Part shown: one piece after another, positions 34,979-64,000 of the stretch
Layout: every line of letters begins with the position of its first letter
Numbering within the stretch: the first letter of the stretch is position 1
Origin: the human T2T-CHM13v2.0 reference genome, Homo sapiens
Assembly: GCF_009914755.1 (NCBI RefSeq)
Contig: NC_060940.1
Strand: one strand, 5' to 3'
Length of the DNA stretch: 64,000 bases
Program-made: the position numbers and the translations under genes
The notes under the pieces: generated by a model
Database searches by the model: none
Told to the model about the DNA's origin: nothing
The model's input: the letters and a program-made list of their open reading frames with translations, nothing else

Positions 34979-35229
34979 TTTATTTTGTTTTATTTTTGGG
35001 GACAGGTTCTTGCTCTGTTGCCCAGGCTGGAGTGCGGTAACACAATCATGGCTCACTGCAGCCTCAACCTCCTGGTGCGCCACCATGCCCAGCTAAATTT
35101 TTTTATTTTTTGCAGAGGTGAGGCCTCCTTTTGATGCTTGGGCTGGTCTGGAACTCCTGGGCTCAAGCAGCTTTCCTGCCTCAGCCTTCCAAAGTGCTGG
35201 GATTACAGGTATGAGTCATCCAGCCAGGC
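34979..35229 (-). mobile_element. Internally deleted AluJ
   Basis: Reverse Alu lacking part of the right arm. Confidence 0.85.
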
Positions 35230-35342
35230 TGAAAGTGCTAATTTTAAGAAACAGTCAGGAAACTATCCCAAACAGCTGAGGTTGAGCCCGCGGGTGTGCC
35301 TACTACATAGATTGGAGCAAATCTATGTAACCCAATGGCCCT

Positions 35343-36125
<783 letters not shown>

Positions 36126-36130
36126 AACCT

Positions 36131-36305
36131 CAGTGTGATCTGAATCAATTCACCCAGAAGGACTGTTAAAACAAAGATTACTCGCTCCACTCATAGACTT
36201 TCCCATCCAGTAGGTTTGAGATGGGGCTGAATAATTTGCATTTCTAACAAGCTCCCAAATGAAGCTGATGCTGCAGGTCTAGATACCACATTTGGAGAAC
36301 CACTG
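36131..36305 (+). mobile_element. MER5A hAT-Charlie DNA transposon
   Basis: aatttgcatttctaacaagctccca...gctgatgctgc...ggagaaccactg. Confidence 0.8.
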
Positions 36306-36344
36306 ATACAACACTTTACCACTGAAAGCAATAGCTTTCAGGGG

Positions 36345-38867
<2,523 letters not shown>

Positions 38868-40099
38868 TCACATCCTTTCTCAAGCCAAGAAGCTTTCCCT
38901 ACTGATCCTAATTGGCCTAGGCCTAGTCCCCCGGATCTAGCCGTAGTGAAGGAGGGTGGAACTGCTATGAGTGGCTTATAGAATCCCCTGGAGTTGCTTT
39001 CAATTCCTCAGAATAAACTGGATGTGTGGAGTCACCACATCATAGCTCCATTGCCAGGCTGGGGTGAAGATTTAATTTAATGTACATAAAACACCTGGCA
39101 CATGAGGCATGAGATAAGTCACAGCTATTATAAATTTGACTCCAGGGATTTTGTTCAAGTAAACTAAATAACATTTTGTTATTAATATTAATCTGAAGCC
39201 TGTCTTATTCCAAAAAAAGATTTAAGGCTGCTATTACTTTTAGTTGGCACTGCAGGGATGGCCCCCAGCCATCTCTGCCTGCCTATTTCTATTGCTACTG
39301 CCTTGATCGCCTGCATTTAGTTATTCATTCAACAAACTTTCAGTGAGTTAGTATTAGCTTTGTGCCAGGCCTTTTGCTAAAAATGAAGTATTTAAAGTGA
39401 ATAAGAATCAGGCAAATTGTCCACTGTCTGGGTCAGCAACAGCCACCCAAATAATTACAGCACATTGTGAGGTGTGTATGAACTTCCTAAGCGTACGAGG
39501 AAATGGGGAGGAAGCAACAAAGATGGTAACCTTTGGGTTGGGTCTTGATGGACGAATAGAAGTTCACCTGGCTGCTGCAGTCTTCAGTCCTTTTCCTACT
39601 CCAAGCTGTCTTCCACTGTGTCCGTTTCATTGCAAGTAACAAGGTGGGGACCCTAAAGTTTGGACTCTTAACAGTTGAAGAAGAAAAAAAGAATGTATTG
39701 TCTCGTAAAACGCCATCCAAAGGTTTGGATGAATTTCAGATATGGTGGATTCAGGGTGTGAATATCACAGAATTCAGTTTCTCTCTCTTCGTTGGTTCTG
39801 CTTCCTTGACTGGGGGTCATTTATCCTCATGGGCCCTGGCATATCTAGGCTTTCCCTTCTTCCAGGTTGAAGCCTGGTGGAGAGAAGGGCATATGCATCT
39901 CCTACAAATGTCGTAGAAAAATAAACCCTTTGTCTTTGATTGGGTCACATGCCCACTCCTGAACCAGTCACCATGGCCTGGGGAGTGTGATGCCCTGATT
40001 GGCTAATCTTGGGTCACATGTGCCACCAAGCTCCAGAGTAGCTCTTTCAATGGCCAACATCTCTCTCTCTCTCGAGCTCTCATTTTTTTTTTCATTTGT

Positions 40100-43453
<3,354 letters not shown>

Positions 43454-43656
43454 GACTCTTTCATGTCTCAGAGCCAAGGCTCATGTTGTTCTGCTATTTG
43501 GGGTGTCCTTTTCCTCATCCCTTTCCCTTCCTTTTAAATTCCTACTCACCCTAAAGACCCAACTCAAATGTATCCTACTCAGTGATTTCCTGGCATAGAG
43601 TAAATGAATGTTTGCAAACATCCATTACCATGATTAATGGAGAAATTTTGCCTGAA

Positions 43657-53191
<9,535 letters not shown>

Positions 53192-53306
53192 AGTGTATCT
53201 TAACTTATATACTCACCATCTTATTTTCAGTCTGTAGCCCCATGCCTGACATAGAATGTGTACTCAATAAATATTTACTGATTGAACAAACAATTCAATG
53301 ACATAT

Positions 53307-53978
<672 letters not shown>

Positions 53979-54549
53979 CACGTTATGTTGTTTAGTCTTC
54001 ACAGCAATTCTCACAGGGCCCAGAATACTTCAGTAACTTGCCGAAGGTCATCCAGCTCGTTAAGTGGCAGAGCCGGGATGCAAGGCCAGCATTCCTTCCA
54101 CCATCCCATGCTGCCACCCGAAAGTCCATCAATGTGCTAAGCCCTGTGCTAAAAGCTATGTGGAAAAATTAAATCAATAAGAGCTAGCCACTGTCCAGGA
54201 GGAGTTAACTTCAAAAGAGAAAAGTTGAAGAACAGCCCAAGTTTGCCAAGATTTAAAGACCATCTCAGGACAATAACAGATGAGATGGCACATACTTCAC
54301 TGCCAAATGCACTGTGCTGGCAAATGTGGAGAAGAGAGAGATGCACTTTGGGCTGAACCCAATGGTCTGGGAAAGCCTCAGAGACAAGGCAGAGTACAAA
54401 TATCAGGAAAAGCTATGGGCACATAAATTCTCCCAGGGAGACTTTGGATTCGGACTCTGGTCAATCAGTGCATGGCAATGGATCTGACCGCAGGCAATTT
54501 GGGCTTTAGATCTCAGTCTAGCTCCCTGCATACCACAATGTTTTCATCA

Positions 54550-55953
<1,404 letters not shown>

Positions 55954-56017
55954 AGAGGGGCCCTGAGCCTGGCACCACCCGTTGGAGCAGTCAGGAACCT
56001 TCCCAGTACATCACGAC

Positions 56018-57517
<1,500 letters not shown>

Positions 57518-57850
57518 ATGACATATCCTGTAGAAGACTTCCAGTAGACGGGTCTGGACTTCCTCCAAACACTCAGTTTATGAGCTCTGCTGCTGAGAAA
57601 GGGGGACCAAGGTAAGGTGGTGCGTCCTAAGGTTGACAATAATGGAGGACTATCTCCATTCTACAGCCTGTCTATCTCCATCAAGAGTTTCCACTCAGTA
57701 TGCCCTGAACATTACCTTACATACCTGACTCACTCTGAAAATTAGAGTCTGGCATGGGAACCCTCAGGACAGAATTGGTGGCAGGACCTGGGCTGAGCAT
57801 GATAGAAGGATGGTTAGAAATGGTCTTGCATCTGTGTGGTTCAGAGTTCA

Positions 57851-60417
<2,567 letters not shown>

Positions 60418-60478
60418 TTATGGAAAAAGTAAGAAAGTTCTTCATGCCTTCTTCAGTATGTGGTCTGAGATCATAGTT

Positions 60479-60860
60479 TGTGGCAGAGACCACTGGGTAC
60501 CTCTCCCAGCATCCATTCTCCCCCTTCTCCTTAGGAATAAACTTTTACTTCTAGCTGGGTACATTTCCCAGCCTCCCTTGCAGCTAGGTGTCATCATGTG
60601 ACTAAGCGGTGGCCAATAAGATGTAAGCAAAATGGCTCTATGGGACTTGTAGGAAGTTGCCTTAAAAGGAAGGAACACAAGCTTTCTCCCCACTTCCTTG
60701 TTGCTTGGAGTAAGGCAGTTCCAGCAGCCATGTTGGCCCAAGAAGTGACCTTGCAAATAGAAGGTGGATGAGAAAGTGGAGCGTGAGACTCTGTGTTGTG
60801 GCCATAGCATCTTGGACCACTTGCCTTCAGATGTATTTGACATGAATGGGAAATGCACTG
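60479..60860 (+). mobile_element. Old MLT1 (J/K-like) LTR remnant
   Basis: tgtggcagagac...catttcccagcctcccttgcagctaggtgtcatcatgtgactaag. Confidence 0.7.
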
Positions 60861-60892
60861 CATTAGTATGTGAGGGCTGCCATGGCAAAAAA

Positions 60893-64000
<3,108 letters not shown>

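Overview
Primate, almost certainly human, genomic DNA with very high Alu density. The window holds the 5' end of XPO6 (exportin-6) on the minus strand: a CpG-island promoter (~33.5-34.8 kb), a first exon whose only coding content is the initiator ATG (33842-33844), a 30.4-kb intron 1, and coding exon 2 (3392-3482, ASEEASLRALESLMTEFFHDCTTNERKREI). Two small-RNA retrocopies (SNORA25-like, Y1 RNA) lie antisense in the introns. The 29 kb upstream is a mosaic of Alu, LTR and DNA-transposon sequence ending in a full-length processed GAPDH pseudogene (~61969-63216, minus). Gene identity rests on recalled protein/RNA sequences; repeat subfamilies and boundaries were judged by eye and are approximate. 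No prokaryote-type system is present. The most interesting signal is a candidate regulatory layer around the ATG-only first exon: stacked uORFs, a hidden 3' splice site inside exon 1 paired with an upstream YY1/ATG-containing donor, a poly(T)-driven 54-nt cryptic exon that would stop Met1 yet supply a new in-frame ATG, and a well-formed intronic poly(A) signal. All are sequence-level hypotheses. Several local templated duplications and inversions are also visible.
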